Source: the human T2T-CHM13v2.0 reference genome, Homo sapiens
Direction: 5' to 3' (one strand)
NCBI RefSeq assembly: GCF_009914755.1
Contig: NC_060933.1
DNA length: 64,000 nucleotides
The notes under the pieces were generated by a model. That model was not told the DNA's origin. It saw nothing but the letters and a program-made list of their open reading frames with translations, and did no database searches. Of the stretch, positions 11,934 through 25,900 are shown piece by piece (the first letter of the stretch is position 1; every line of letters begins with the position of its first letter). Made by a program: the position numbers and the translations under genes.

Positions 11934-14224
11934 TGTATTAGTCCGTTTTCACACTGCTGATAAAGTCATACCAGCGACTGGGCAATTTACAAAAGAAAGA
12001 TGTTAACTGAACTTACAGTTCCGCCTGGCTGGGGAAGGTCTCACAATCATGGAAGAGGGTGAAAGACACTTCTTACATGGTGGCAGCAAGAGAGAATGAG
12101 GGAGAAGCAAAAGCAGAACCCCCTGATAAACCCATCAGAGCTCATGAGACTTATTCACTATCACGAGAATAGCATGGGAAAGACCAGCCACCATGATTCA
12201 ATTACCTCCCCCTGGGTCCCTCCCACAACATGTGGGAATTCTGGGAGATAAAATTCAAGTTGAGATTTGGGTGGGGACACAGCCAAACCATATTATTCTG
12301 CCTCTGGCCCCTCCAAATCTCATGTCCTCCTATTTCAAAACCAATCATGCCTTCCCAACAGTTCCCCAAAGTCTTAACTCAATTCAGCATTAACCCAAAG
12401 TCCACAGTCCAAAGTCTCATCTGAAACAAGGCAAGTCCCTTCTGCCTATAAGCCTGTAAAATCAAAAACAGGTTAGTTACTTCCTAGATGCAATGGGGAT
12501 ACAGGCATTGGGTAAATATGGCCATTCCAAATGGGAGAAATTAGCCAAAACAAAGAAGTTACAGGCCCCATGCAATTCCAAAATCCAGCGGAGAAGTCAA
12601 ATGTTAAAGTTTCAAATGATGTTTTTTGACTCCCCATCTTGCGTCCGGGTCATGCTGACGGAAGTGGTGGGTTTCCATGGTCCTGGGCAGCTCCACCCCT
12701 GAAGCTTTGCAGGGTACAGCCTCCCAGCTGCTTTCATGGGCTGATGTTGAGTGTCTGTGACTTTTCCAGGTGCACGGTGCAAGCTGTTGGTGGATCTAAC
12801 ATTCTGGGTTCAGGAGGATGGTAGGCCCCTTCTCACAGCTCCACTAGGCAGTGCACCAGTACGGACTCTGCATGGGGGCTTTGACCCCACATTTCCCTTT
12901 TGCACTGGACTAGAAGATGTTATCCATGAGGTTTCCCTACCTGCAGCAAACTTTTTCTTGGGCAACCAGGCATTTCCATACATCTTCTGAAATCTAGGCA
13001 GAGGTTCCCAAACCTCAATTCTTGGTTTCTGTGCACCTGCAGGCTCAACACCACATGGAAGCTCCCAAGGCTTGGGGCTTCCACCCTTTGAAGCCACAGC
13101 CCAAGCTGTACATTGGCCCCTTTCAGACATGGTTGGAGCAGCTGGGACACAGGGCATCAAGTTCCTAGGATGCCCATAGCACAGGGACCCTGGGCCTGGT
13201 CCACGAAACCAATTTTTCCTCCTGGGCCTCCTGGCCTGTGATGGGAGAGGCTGCTGTGAAGCTCTCTGACATGGCCTGGAGACATTTCCCCATGGTCTTG
13301 GGGATTAACATTAGGCTCCTTACTACTTACGCAAATTTCTACAGCCGGCTTGAATTTCTCCCCAGAAAAATGGGTTTTTCTTTTCTACTGCATCATCAGG
13401 CTACAAATTTTCTGAACTTTTATGCTCTGTTCCCCTTTTAAAATGGAATGCTTTTAACAGTACCCAGATCACCTCTTGAATGTTTGCTGCTTAGAAATTT
13501 CTTCTACCAGATACCCTAAATAATCTCTCTCAATTTCATAATTCCACAGATCTCTAGGGGAGGGGCAAAATGCCACCAGTCTCTTTGCTAAATCATAACA
13601 AGAGTCACTTTTGCTCCAGTTCCCAACAAGTTCCTCATCTCCATCTGAGACTACCTCAGCCTGGATTTATTGTCCATATCACTATAAGCATTTTGGGCAA
13701 AGCCATTCAACAAGTCTCTAGGAAGTTCCCAACTTTCCCACATTTTCCTATCTTCTTCTGAGCCCTTCAAACTTTTCCAATCTCTGTCTATTACCTAGTT
13801 CCAAAGTTGCTTCCACATTTTCAGTAATGTGCCACTCTACTGGTAACAATTTACTGTATTAGTCTGTTTTCATGCTGCTGATAAAGACATACCTAAGACT
13901 GGACAATTTACAAAAGAAAGAGGTTTAATTGGACTTACAGTTCCACCTGGCTGGGGAAGGTCTCACAGTCATGGCAGATGGCAAAAGGCACTTCTTACAT
14001 GGTGGCAGCAAGAGAGAAGCAGCAAAAGTGGAAACCCCTGATGAACCCATCAGATCTTGTGAGACTTATTCACTATCATAAGACTAGTATGGGAGACTGG
14101 CCCCCATGATTCAGTTACCTCCCCCTGGGTCCCCCCTATGTTGGGTCTCTCCTACAACACACGGTACTTCTGGGAGATACAAGTCAAGTTGATATTTGGG
14201 TGGGGACATAGCCAAACTCTATCA
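11934..14224 (-). mobile_element. Complete THE1C (MaLR) element: LTR 11934-12295, internal 12296-13854, LTR 13855-14224
   Basis: Both LTRs read TGTATTAGTC...GGGTGGGGACA.AGCCAAAC..TAT.A; ~1.56-kb THE1 internal region; 5-bp TSD GGGGC/GGAGC. Confidence 0.92.
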
Positions 14225-14770
14225 GGAGCTGTAGGTCCATTTGGGCTTCAGGCTTCAAGGGATATTGGGGCTTCCTAGGGAAAATGTTAGAGCCCTTAAG
14301 ATGGATTTTTACAGGGTCTGCAAACTAAGAACATCATGAAGTGGAGGTATCTCATACCTCTAGAATTTGTTGTTAAATGAAGGATTTTAGGGGATTGGCA
14401 CTTTTGGTGGCAGGAGCTAGTAATGTTAATATTGGGCAAGTGTATTTGGGGAATTGAAAGCTAGTTTGGAGTTTTGTCATTATATCCCCTCTAAGTAGGT
14501 AGGTAGGACAGCTTGGTAGAACCAGGCAAGAGTAAGTGAAAACATGTTTCTCCAGCGTGCATAACAAGGGGGAAGTGAAGCGTCCCTGATGTGGTTGGCT
14601 GTCTATGCTGGTGTGGAGGATCAAAGACTAAAACGTAGGTCCGGAAAAACTAATTAGGGCTGAAGAAGTAGCTCCTATGTTGATTACAAACTCAGTCCTA
14701 TTCCCTTCCACATTTAGGGTTACTCAAAGCTCAATCATAGAGATGGTTAATACAGGAGCCTGGATGGCCT
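14225..14770 (-). pseudogene. pro: Retroviral protease and RT N-terminal stub
   Basis: EFVINIGATSSAL (decayed FLIDTGA), LVLPSCPTYLLRGDIMTKL, then FPRKPQYPLKPEAQ. Confidence 0.8.
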
Positions 14771-14779
14771 CTGGGTCCC

Positions 14780-16312
14780 ATCAGTTATCTCTTTCTGCCT
14801 TCTCAGTCTTATTAGCTTCCTCGTAGTTAAGGAACACCGTTAGGGGCATTTGTTGTTGCCATCCTCCCAAATTAGCCCATAATTGAGGTTGCTAGTTACG
14901 GGATGACTCTCCTGCGTGTGGGAGAGAGGGGCAATCCCATTTCCAATGCCTGGGTTGTTTGCAGTGTGGACAGGAGCTAATCGGTGGTCCCTGAGTGCCA
15001 GAAGATGGGTGGGGAGGGTTTTGACAGTTCTGGTGTTAAAGATCTTGAAAGCCATGTCCAGTAAAGTGGGGAATGGAGTTGTGGTCCTTGGTCTAGTCTC
15101 TGGGATTTGCACCTAATATCTGAAGAAGCCTCACTGATAAAATGAACAGTCAAATTAATGGGGCCTTCTGGGCTATGAGGGTTCATATTAGGGTATTTTC
15201 TCACGGCTTCAGCCAGCCTAGAGTGAAGTAGAGCTGAGTTTTCATTTGACCCCTGTGTTACCTCTTTTAGATTAGCAAAGTTGACTGGTCCTATGGCAGC
15301 CTTTTTTATGCCTACAATTAAATAAGTAGTCATTTAATTACTACGTTCCCTGCCAGTGTTTCCCTTCTGGTAGCCCTATCTAGGATCAACATCAGGAACT
15401 GCTGTTCTTCCCAGGCCAGACTCCTGAGGGTTGTGGGCAAGAACCTCCTGTGGCCACTCTTGAGCCAGGGACCAAATGGAGGCCTTTTCTTCATGAATAC
15501 AACTGGTGGTAAAGATAATATAAATGTTCTGCCAAGTGTGTTCAAAGGAAACAGTATTTTGAATTCTTTTATGAAATGGGAAGCATCCTGCTGAAAGAAG
15601 CCAAGCTTAGCTTCTATCTGAGAGAGGTTGGACACTGGGAAAGGAACATGGACTCTGATGGTTCCTCAATCCCCATTTGCTATTTCTCCGAGCAGCAAAA
15701 TCTTGACTGGGCTGAAGTGGGATCATAAGTGACCCCCATGTGATCTAGTATGTGAAGGGGAGAAGGGTCCCTAATAAAAGGAGGAGGCATTGAAAAATGA
15801 CATCCAAAGTTGGGATGTTGGGGGAAAGTGAGGGAGAAAAAGCAGGTGGAGTAAGTATAGTTGAACATAAAGGTGATTTGTCAGGGAAAGAAGAAGGTTG
15901 AGAAGGGGTAGCCTCAACCAGGTCAGCCAGTCTGGGAGAGTGGAAGAGGGTAAAGGAACGGTCTTTTAGAATGTCAGGAGAGTCAGTGGGGCTAGAGAAT
16001 TTAGCCAAGAATATTTGCCAGGTTTGCTAGAGATCAAGATCCCAAGAGAGAGTCATGAAAGCCTGGACATAAGCAACTTCAGGCCATTTAGAAGAGTTGT
16101 GACACAGCAAATCGAGTTGCAAAAGAGTGTTAAGAATCTAAAGTCCCATTCAGAGTCCAGGTTAATTGATCCAGGAGTTTATACAGAGGCCAAAACATAT
16201 TACACAGGACAATTAGGCATTTATTTTTGAGAGTCTGGGGGCCAAATTTATCCCAATGTTTTAGGATGCAAACCAGAGATTAGTTTGAAGGAATAGACAG
16301 GGTTTTTCCCAT
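14780..16312 (-). pseudogene. gag: gag (MA-CA-NC), disrupted by stops and frameshifts
   Basis: ATG at 16312: MGKTLSIPS*..CILKHWDKFGPQTLK; CA LSQIEAKLG..., VNFANLKEVTQGSNEN, HFISEASSDIR; zinc knuckle CPHCKQPRHWKWDC near 14930-14972. Confidence 0.9.
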
Positions 16313-16937
16313 GGTGGGACTGGAAAACGTCCTACCACTTGGGGCTAATGTCTGCTGGGGACACGAGCCACACTTTCTCTAGGGGTATCCCAAAAGAAAA
16401 AAAGTTCCACTCATTTCTGCTTAGGGACACTGAGATGCACTTTCCTAAGGGGCATCCCACCTATTTGAAGGATCTCCTGGTGCTGGGGTTGACAGTGCCG
16501 GGGCCTTACACTGGATGGCCAGTCCATTTACGAGGAACAAGGGTGAAGGGAGAACTCAAGACTGGAACCAGCTTAAAAGAGGGAACAGGAATGGGAAGAC
16601 TCTGAGGCCACTTGAAATCACCTGATGTGGGAACTTCTAAAGCAGGAAGCCTGGATATCTTCACAGCAGAATTAGAATAAGAGAGAGAGAGTGTTTAAGT
16701 CACCCAAAACATGGGTGGATTTGCCCTAGATGAGCTGCCACTGCTAACTGCACCACACCTAGGGACTGGGGACCGAAAGGAGAGTCTTCCTCCCTTCTGG
16801 GCCAGTTGGCTAGCACTGTTTACCTCATAGCCTTCAGGCAACATCAGAGAGTAGTATGGGACAGATACTGTCAATTATAAGACAGCTACTAGAGGCTGGC
16901 TGCTGGCATGCTGAAAAAGGAAAGTGAACTTAGGTTC

Positions 16938-16945
16938 CTCACCTG
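16938..16945 (-). promoter_or_regulatory. Probable proviral major splice donor
   Basis: CAG|GTGAG on minus strand about 180 nt after the PBS, in the leader. Confidence 0.5.
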
Positions 16946-17120
16946 AATGGGTGATGGTGGTAAGGCACTTCTGCACGAACACTTTTCAGCTTCACCACGT
17001 GTAGCCCTGACCAGAAACCTTCATTGTCTCCGTGCCTTGACACTGTCCATGGAGTATCCCAAGTAGAAAGGGAGTGGGGAGAGTGTTCCTGTAGGGAGAG
17101 ATTTTTCATAGGGTAAGAGG

Positions 17121-17138
17121 TCCCCATAAGGGCCACCA
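17121..17138 (-). promoter_or_regulatory. Primer binding site, tRNA-Ile(AAU) type
   Basis: TGGTGGCCCTTATGGGGA, 3 nt after the LTR end; 16/18 match to the recalled complement of the tRNA-Ile 3' end, TGGTGGCCCGTACGGGGA. Confidence 0.85.
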
Positions 17139-17141
17139 AAA

Positions 17142-17510
17142 TGTTGTGGTCAGTGACTGTCTGAGACCGGCACATGGGTGGTAAAAGAATTGACCATATC
17201 AAAAATGAGTTTAGAAAGATAGATTTATTTAGAGGAAAGCCAGAGATACATTGCAAAAGAGCAATGGGCAGGACAGCAGAGGGAAGGCTTTCTGGAAAGA
17301 GGCAGAGCTTGGAGGAAAATTTTATAAGATTTTGCTGCTTAGGCTGAATGCTTGCAGACAGGATGCTTGAGTATAGGTGGGCTATCAGCTGGGTGCTTGT
17401 AACAGGATGGTTGGATACTAGTGAGTTGTTCGCCATTGACACCATTTCTCAGGACATTTGTTCCCCTCCACCCCTTTTTCTGTTTCTGGCAGCCAAGCCC
17501 ATTTTCCAAT
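17142..17510 (-). repeat. 5' LTR of the provirus (outer ~25 bp of U3 missing)
   Basis: Minus-strand TTATAAAA near 17320-17327 and AATAAA near 17224-17229; homology to the 3' LTR stops at CCCATTTTCCAAT. Confidence 0.9.
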
Positions 17511-17532
17511 ATGTCTATGAAAGTTTTATATA

Positions 17533-17867
<335 letters not shown>

Positions 17868-18156
17868 TTAGAGGATGACCACTTCTTGTAGAAGAAAATG
17901 AAGCTTCCTGAACAAGACATGTGACAATTGACAAATAAGTCTCTCTTTACTTTCTAGGTCAGTATTTCCCTTCTTGTGCCCTGTACTTTTTGTTACAATA
18001 ATAATGGACTTAAACTAATTTCCATTATGCACATAGTATGCTTTTAGGGGCCTGTATACCTTCATTTTCTTAAATGCTAAGTATTAATATTTTTGAAAGC
18101 AAAATTATTATAGAAGCAAAGAAACAAAAAATGGTTATCCCATAGGCAAAGCAGCT

Positions 18157-18620
18157 TTAATATTGCTAACTTGTTCTTATTACTCAAAATGATCTATAGA
18201 TTCAATGCGACCTCTATCAAAATTCCAATGGCATTTTTCACAAAAATAAAAAAAATTCTAGAATTCATATGGAAATACAAAAGACTCCAAATAGCCAAAA
18301 CAATCTTGAGAAAAAAGAACAAAGTTAGAGGTATCACACAGTTTGATTTCAAGATAAGCTACCAAGCTATATTTGTCAAAACAGTATGGTACTGGCATAA
18401 AAACATAATTATAGACCAATGGAACCTAATAGAGAGAATAGAAATAAATCTGCATATTTGCTGTTGATTGTTCTTCAACAAAGTAATCAAGAGCACACAA
18501 TAGTGAAAAGACAATCTCTTCAACCAATGGTGTTGAGAAAACTGCATAACCACATGCAAAAGAATGAAATTGTATGCTTATTTCACCCTATATAAAAAAA
18601 CGACCCAAAGTTAATTAAAT
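18157..18620 (+). mobile_element. L1M ORF2 fragment
   Basis: [16 protein letters not shown]...[14 protein letters not shown] (ORF 18171..18467). Confidence 0.9.
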
Positions 18621-18659
18621 AATACTAAGTAAGTTGGCTTTCCCCTCATAGCACTCTTA

Positions 18660-18952
18660 ACCATCCTTTCAGATGTAGCTCAAGCATTACCTCCTATAAG
18701 ATGATCTGTTTGATACCACTGTCTGAGGCAAACACTTGTTTTAGAGCTCATATGATGCCATATTTAGCTTTCTATCATTGTACATATTATATGGAAACAG
18801 CCCGTTCTCATTGGTTATCGTTGCTCATTGCAACTTAAAGTAGGAAACTTGTATTTTTTTTTCTCTTTGCATCTCCAGCCTCTGAACAGATTTCTGGCAC
18901 ATAGGATCTGCTCCCTTATTGTTTAATAAATAAGTGAATGATTAAATAAGTG
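18660..18952 (+). mobile_element. L2 3' end remnant
   Basis: ...CTGGCACATAGG...TATTGTTTAATAAATAAGTGAATGA, a typical L2 tail. Confidence 0.55.
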
Positions 18953-20232
18953 ACTCCCAGAGCATAGCTAGAGCAATAGGCATTGAGAAATTACATGTCA
19001 ATATGAAGAGGAAAGTGATTTGTGGTTTCAAATGGAAAGTAAAATGTCATTATATTATTTGTACTCAATCCCCAAGAGAGTCATTTACCATTCATGCTTT
19101 GAACTTAAGTTAGCAACATAACTCTGATGGAGAACTGTGTGCCATGGCAAACACATGCTATTATTTGTGAATTATTTTACTTCCTCCATTGATAAGGTGG
19201 ATTTATTTTATATAAGTATACCAATAAGAAACACATATATCTTTGGGGATCTAATATTTGCCATGCCCCCCACCTTCTTGAAGTTAAGTCTAGAAAATGC
19301 TGAATAATTTCTGCATCTTTGAAGTAAAAAAAAAAATTGTGGTATTACCAAATATTTTATATAATGTCTTCCCTATAAAAAAAAGAAATTTTCGTAACAG
19401 TTTCTAATTTGAACCTCTAGACATTAACTTAAGCTTGTGAGAAATTATTTAACAATAAAATTGTAAAATATGTAGTAAAATTGTCAATAACAAAAAAATA
19501 GTAATATCATGATCCATTAATTTTATTTATATTCATTACAATTTTCAGGACAGCTATGAGAAAACCATTATTGTAAGTGTTCTGTGAGGCATAGAAAGGC
19601 AACACCCCTTTTTATTTAATCAATAAACATTTCCATCATTTTTAGCAATTGAAGCAATTTATTCATAGAGATTAACCATGGAATGCAATCATAAAATTTG
19701 TTTTAAAAAACTAAATATTTTTATATTTTAGGCTTAATGTTGCATTTTACTTTAAATGTTAACAATATAATGCTGTAATTACTCAATAGGTTTGTAAATT
19801 TATACACACATGTATACACACAATGTAGATATATTGTATTTCTATGATTTGTCTTATAGTCTTATCAGAAAACTTCATCCTACTGCACAGCCATGGGGAT
19901 GGAAACACATAAATAGGAAGGGTGAACTACGTTAAACCCAATCCAATAATTCACTCCAATAAAATAAAATTACCTTTTTAAATTCAACTTCTTTGAGGGG
20001 GAGGAAATAGTCATTTGTTTATATTTTCTTCCTTTCTTGCTTCTTTTCTTCAAGATGGAATACCTGTGTATAAGGAATAGAGGGGTTACCCAGTGGTGCT
20101 CAGGAAGTCTCACTTATATGTGTACAGGTCCGTGAACTCTATTCAGTTCCTCTGGTATCTATGCTTATATCCTGTGACCAGCTGACACTCACCATTTGGG
20201 AGTTCTGTGCTAATTTTTGCAGTTGTGACCTC

Positions 20233-21091
20233 TGTCAAAGAAAAATCTCACTGGTGGGAGTTAAACCCACAAAATAGATTATTCAAGACAATTGCAAAAG
20301 GGGGTTGAGACCATTGCAATAGGGAAGAAACATTGAAACAAGAGGCAGAATTGTTTTCTTGTTTTTTTGTTTGTGTGTGTGTGTGTGTTTGTTTGTTTGT
20401 TTTTAGAGTCTAGGTCTTGCTCTGTCACCCAGGCTGGAGGGCAGTGGCTCAACTATGCCTCACTGCAGCTTCAAACTCCTGGGCTCCAGGGATCCTCCTG
20501 CCTCAGTCTCCCGAACAGCTGGGACTACAGGTACATGCTGACATGCCTGCCTATTTAAACAAATATTTTTAGAGATGTGGTCTCTCTATGTTTCCCAGGC
20601 TGGACTTGAACTCCTGGCCTCAAACAATTCCCCAGACTCAACCTCTCCAGTTGCTGAGATTACAGGCATGAGCTGCCTGACTCAGCTCAAGGCAGGATAA
20701 TTTTTAAGTTCTAGGTGACCTAGTAAGAAAGTACTGGAGGGTCAATGTGGTAGGTTGGTCAATATGATTAGGCCATGTACATTTGCTCTTTGGACTTTAT
20801 CAAAGTCAGGCTCCTACCCTCTCAAAGACTGTGAGTTAGGGGTGCAATCTTTCTTGAGAATTATATTACAAAGTGGGGCTGCCAGGTCATTGAGAAAAAC
20901 ATTCCTGGGTTGTAAAACTGGCCGGTGACTGAGAGAAGAACACTTATACCTCAAAGGGTATAAAAAGAATTTATAAGTGTGAGTTTTCTAAAGGAAGTGC
21001 TTTAAAGAAGGGAGATCTGGAGCCTACAGTCAGGAAACAATCTGTCCAAAGTTTATTCAAGCTGAGGGGAAAGCTAAGGCTACCTTGGTCA
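20233..21091 (-). mobile_element. Solo ERV1 LTR (MER31/MER67-like) interrupted by an AluJ
   Basis: TGTCAAAG...ATTCAAGACAATTGCAA ... AAGGCTACCTTGGTCA with TG..CA ends; flanks CCTC/CTTC. Confidence 0.7.
20353..20688 (-). mobile_element. AluJ
   Basis: Antisense Alu with J-type CTCCTGGGCTC.AGGGATCCTCC; decayed TSD AGGCAGAAT/AGGCAGGAT. Confidence 0.9.
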
Positions 21092-22126
21092 CTTCAAGTT
21101 TTATTTTTTCTCAGATCTTTCAGGGCAAAAAAATGTTTATACTCTGTTGGTTTCCCTATTGATCTTACTCAGCTCTCTTCAGAGCTGCAGATTCCTCTGA
21201 GATCCAGCTTAGATTCCCATTCCACCTGCTGTCTCAGTATTCTTCTTTATAACCCTTGTAATCAGGGTCACTTTGCTCCTACTGCAGCAACGTCATTGAG
21301 AGCCTCACATCTGAAAACTTCTGAGTCCCTATATGCAACAAATACTGTTGTTGATACCTTGAGCACCTCAGAGACTTGAAGGAGGCTCTGAGAAATTTAG
21401 CTCAAGTTCTCCTTCTGCCTATTCATCTTGAGCTGTCAGTTTTACTGTGACGAATTCAACAAATATTGAGAGACTACCTTGATCCTTTAAGAGTTGTTCA
21501 TGGAAAAGAAAGCAATAGTCCTTCCTTCCCCTGAAGTTTTCTCAATCCCTGCTGTTTCCCACTTAATCTTCCCACTGAGATTTTAACCCAGAGGTATGAA
21601 AACGTCACTTGTGTCTGTCTGATTAATTTGAGGAGGAAAAGAGAAAAGAAAATGCAAGAACAACAGATCTAAGAATGTTAAAATTTTCACGCACTACAAG
21701 ATAAAATGTAATGTCTAAAACTGGTTAAAAATGTAGTTATATACATATTAAAATATGGAGAAAACTAGTAAAAGTAATCACTAAAATTATTTTAGGGATT
21801 GCCTCTGGGCAGCAGGGCAGACTGGAAGGTTTAAAGCTTGCTGAACTTAGTTTAGGCTTGTAGCAGTAGTGGCATGATTTTTTAAGTGTGCATGTATTAT
21901 ACTGATTAAAATAACAATTAAACCACCCTAGCTAGCCAGGTGAAGAATCTCTCATTGTAATCTAAGTAAAATATTTTATCCCAGGATTGATATTGACACA
22001 CCTCTTCTGCTGAAACTTGATCTCTATACATTCATCCCATTTATCATTTTTACTTTTATCTAAATTATCAAAATTAGATTTGCCTCAGTTTTACTTCTGT
22101 TGTCTTGATTCTGGACAGGCTGTGTA

Positions 22127-22128
<2 letters not shown>

Positions 22129-22170
<42 letters not shown>
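22129..22170. repeat. (TG)21 microsatellite
   Basis: Direct reading. Confidence 0.97.
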
Positions 22171-22173
<3 letters not shown>

Positions 22174-22378
22174 CATGTGAAAAAATACTATACGTGTTTG
22201 TACATTTTGCTGGGTGTTTTTGTTCACATACTGTGTAGTATATAGACGGCTATATATAAGCACATTTGAGCTAACATTTTTCTTTATAAAGAACAACTAA
22301 CATTAGGTTGTGAATATATCTTATTTACTGTATATTACTTCACCCTATATATGGGTTTTTGGTGTTTTGTTTTATTAA

Positions 22379-22727
<349 letters not shown>

Positions 22728-22928
22728 TGTACAAGGTTTTTTAAAAAATCTCTTCAGAGTGTTACAGTTAACTTCATATTTCTTTATATGCATTTCAAAT
22801 ATATGCAAACATTAAAAATTCTAGAAGTGAAATTGTTAGTCAAAGAACAAGTGAAATTTCTAAATGTAGAGGATATTTTCTGATTGTCATTGATAACTGT
22901 ACCAATCCACACTTCAATCAACAATATA

Positions 22929-25900
22929 TTTTCACAATATTGATTTTACCCATCCATGAGCATGGTATGTGTTTCCATTTGTTTGTGTCTTCTATGATTT
23001 CTCTTCCAGTGCTTTGTAGCTTTCCTTGTAGAGGTCTTTCACCTCCTTGGTTAGGTATATTCCTAAGTATTTTATTTATTTATTTTTTGCAGCTATTATG
23101 AAAGGGGTTGAGTTTTTTATTTGATTCTCCTCTTGGTCACTGTTGGTGTATAGAAGAGCTAATGATTTGTTTACATTAATCTTGTATCCAGAAACTTTGC
23201 TGAATTCTTTTATCAGTTCTAGGAGATTTCTGGAGGAGTCCTTAGGGTTTTCAAGGCAAACGATCATATTGTCAGCAAACAGGGACAGTTTGATTTCCTC
23301 TTGACCGATTTGGATGCCTTTTATCTCTTTCTCTTGTCTGATTGCTGTGGCTAGGACTTCCAGTACTATGTTGAAGAGGAGTGGTGAGAATGGGCATCCT
23401 TGTCTTGTTCCAGTTCTCAGAGGGAATGCTTTCAACCTTTCCCCATTCAGTATTAAGTTGGCTGTGGGTTTGTCATAGGTGGCTTTTATTACATTAAGGT
23501 ATGTCTCTTGTATGCTGATTTTGCTGAGAGTTTTAATCATAACGGGATGCTAGATTTTGTCTATGGCTTTTTCTGCATCTATTGAGATGATCATGTGATT
23601 TTTGTTTTTAATTCTGATTATGCGGTAAATCACATTTATTGACTTGCATATGTTAAACCATCCCTGCGTCCCTGGTATGAAACCCACTTAATCATGGTGA
23701 ATTATCTTTTTGATATGTTGTTGGATTCAGTTAGTTAGTATTTTGTTAAGGATTTTAGTATCTACGTTTATCAAGGATATTGGTCTGTAGTTTTCTTTTT
23801 TTGGTTGTGTCCTTTCCTGATTTGGGTATTAGGGTGATGCTGGCTTCATAGAATGAATTCGGGAGGGTTCTTTTTTTCTCTATTTTGTGGAAATGTTTCA
23901 AAAGGATTCTTCTTTGAATGTTTGGTAGAATTCTGCTGTGAATCCGTCTGGTCCTGGACTTTTTTTTTGGTTGGTAATTTTTTAATTAATATTTCAATCT
24001 CACTGCTTGTTATTGGTCTGTTCAGGGTATCTAATTCTTCCTGATTTAAGCTAGGAGGGTTGTATATTTCCAGGAATTTATCCATCTCTCATAGGTGTTC
24101 TAGTTTATGTATGTAAAGGTGGTTCATAGTAGCCTTGCATGATCTTTTGTATTTTGTGGTGTCAGTTGTAATATCTCCTGTTTCATTTCCCAGTCTGGTA
24201 ATTTGGATTTTCTCTCTTCTTTTCTTGGTCTATCAATCAAATATTCTTTTCAAAGAACCAGCTTTTTTTTCATTTCTTTTGTACTTTTTTCCTGTTTTTT
24301 TTTTTTCAATTTCGTTTAGTTCTGATCTGATCTTAGTTATTTCCTTTCTTCTACTGGGTTTGGGTTTGGTTTTTTCTTGTTTCTCTAGTTCCTTGAGGTG
24401 TGACCTTAGGTTGTCTATTTGTGCTCTTTCAGACTTTTTGATGTAGGCGTTTAGGGCTATGAACTTTCCTCTTAGCACCACCTTAACTGTATCCCAGAAC
24501 GCAATCCCCATCAAAATACCACCATCATTCTTCACAGAGTTAGAAAAAACAATTCTAAAATTCATATGGAATCAAAACAGAGCCCGCAGAGCCAGAGCAA
24601 GACTAAGCAAAAAGAACTAATCTGGAGGCATCACACTACCTGATTTCAAACTATACTATAAGGCCATAGTCACCAAAACATCATGGTACTGGTATAAAAA
24701 TAGGCACATACACCAATGGAACAAAATAGAGAACTCAGAAATAAACCCAAATACTTAAAGTCAACTGATGTTTGACAAAGCAAACAAAAACATAAAGTGG
24801 GGAAAGGACACCCTTTTCATCATATGATGCTGGGATAATTGGCTAGCCACATGTAGAATAATGAAACTGGATCCTCATCTCTCACCTTATGCAAAAATCA
24901 ACTCACGATGGATTAAGGACTTAAACCTAAGACCTGAAACTGTAAAAATTCTAGAACATAACATAGGAAAAATCCTTCTAGACATTGGCTTAGGAAAGAA
25001 TTTCATGACCAAAAACCCAAAAGCGATTACAATAAAAACAAAGATAAATAGCTAGGTTCTAATTAAACTACTTTTGAACAGCAAAAGGAACAGTCAGCAG
25101 AGTAAGCAGACAACCCACAGAGTCGGAAAAAATTTTCAAAATCTATACATCTGACAAAGGACTAATATCCATGGAAAAAAATCAGTAAGATAAAAACAAT
25201 CCCATCAAAAAGCGAGCTAAGGACATCAATAGACAATTCTCAAAAGAAGATATATAAACTGCCAACAAAACATACGAAAAAATGCTCAACATCACTAATG
25301 ATCAGGGAAATGCGAATCAAAACCACAATGTGATACGACCTTATTCCTGTAAGAAAGGCCATAATCAAAAAATCAAAAACAGCAGATGTTGGTGTGGATG
25401 CGGCAATCAGGGAACACTTCTACACTGCTGTGGGAATGTAAACTAGTACAGCTGCTATGGAAAACAGCACGGAGACTCCTTGAAGAACTGAAAGTAGAAC
25501 TACCATTAGATCCAGCAATCCCACTACTGGGTATTTACCCAGAGGAAAAGAAGTCATTATTTGAAAATGATACTTGCACATGTTTATAACACCACAATTC
25601 ACAATAGGAAAATCGTGGAACCAACCCAAATGCCCATCAATCAGTGGATAAAGGAACTCTGATATATATATATACACATACATACATACATATATATATA
25701 CATATATATATACACACATATACATACATATATATCAGATATATATATATATCTGAGATATATATAGATATTCCAAAATATATATATTCCGATATATATG
25801 TATATTCCGATATATATATATATATTCCATATATGATGGAATACTGCTAAGCCATAAAAAGGAATGAATTAACAGCATTTGCAGTGACCTGGATGAGATT

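Larger units (their letters stand above)
10814..17510 (-). mobile_element. Class I (gamma-like, ERV1) endogenous provirus, internally deleted, two LTRs
   Basis: Homologous LTRs at 10814-11200 and 17142-17510, with PBS, splice donor, gag, pro, RNase H, env-TM tail and PPT in retroviral order on the minus strand. Confidence 0.92.

Noticed and set aside
12193-13761. Cluster of 60-116 aa ORFs
   Set aside because: All lie within THE1C LTR or internal sequence; fragments of the decayed MaLR region
17121-17138. tRNA gene
   Set aside because: Only the 18-nt 3'-end match (a PBS); no cloverleaf
16939-17445. 168-aa minus-strand ORF
   Set aside because: Runs through LTR, PBS and leader of the provirus with no protein similarity; incidental
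25661-25835. Spaced repeats resembling an array
   Set aside because: Simple TA-rich slippage repeat within L1PB; no unique spacers, eukaryotic context, not CRISPR
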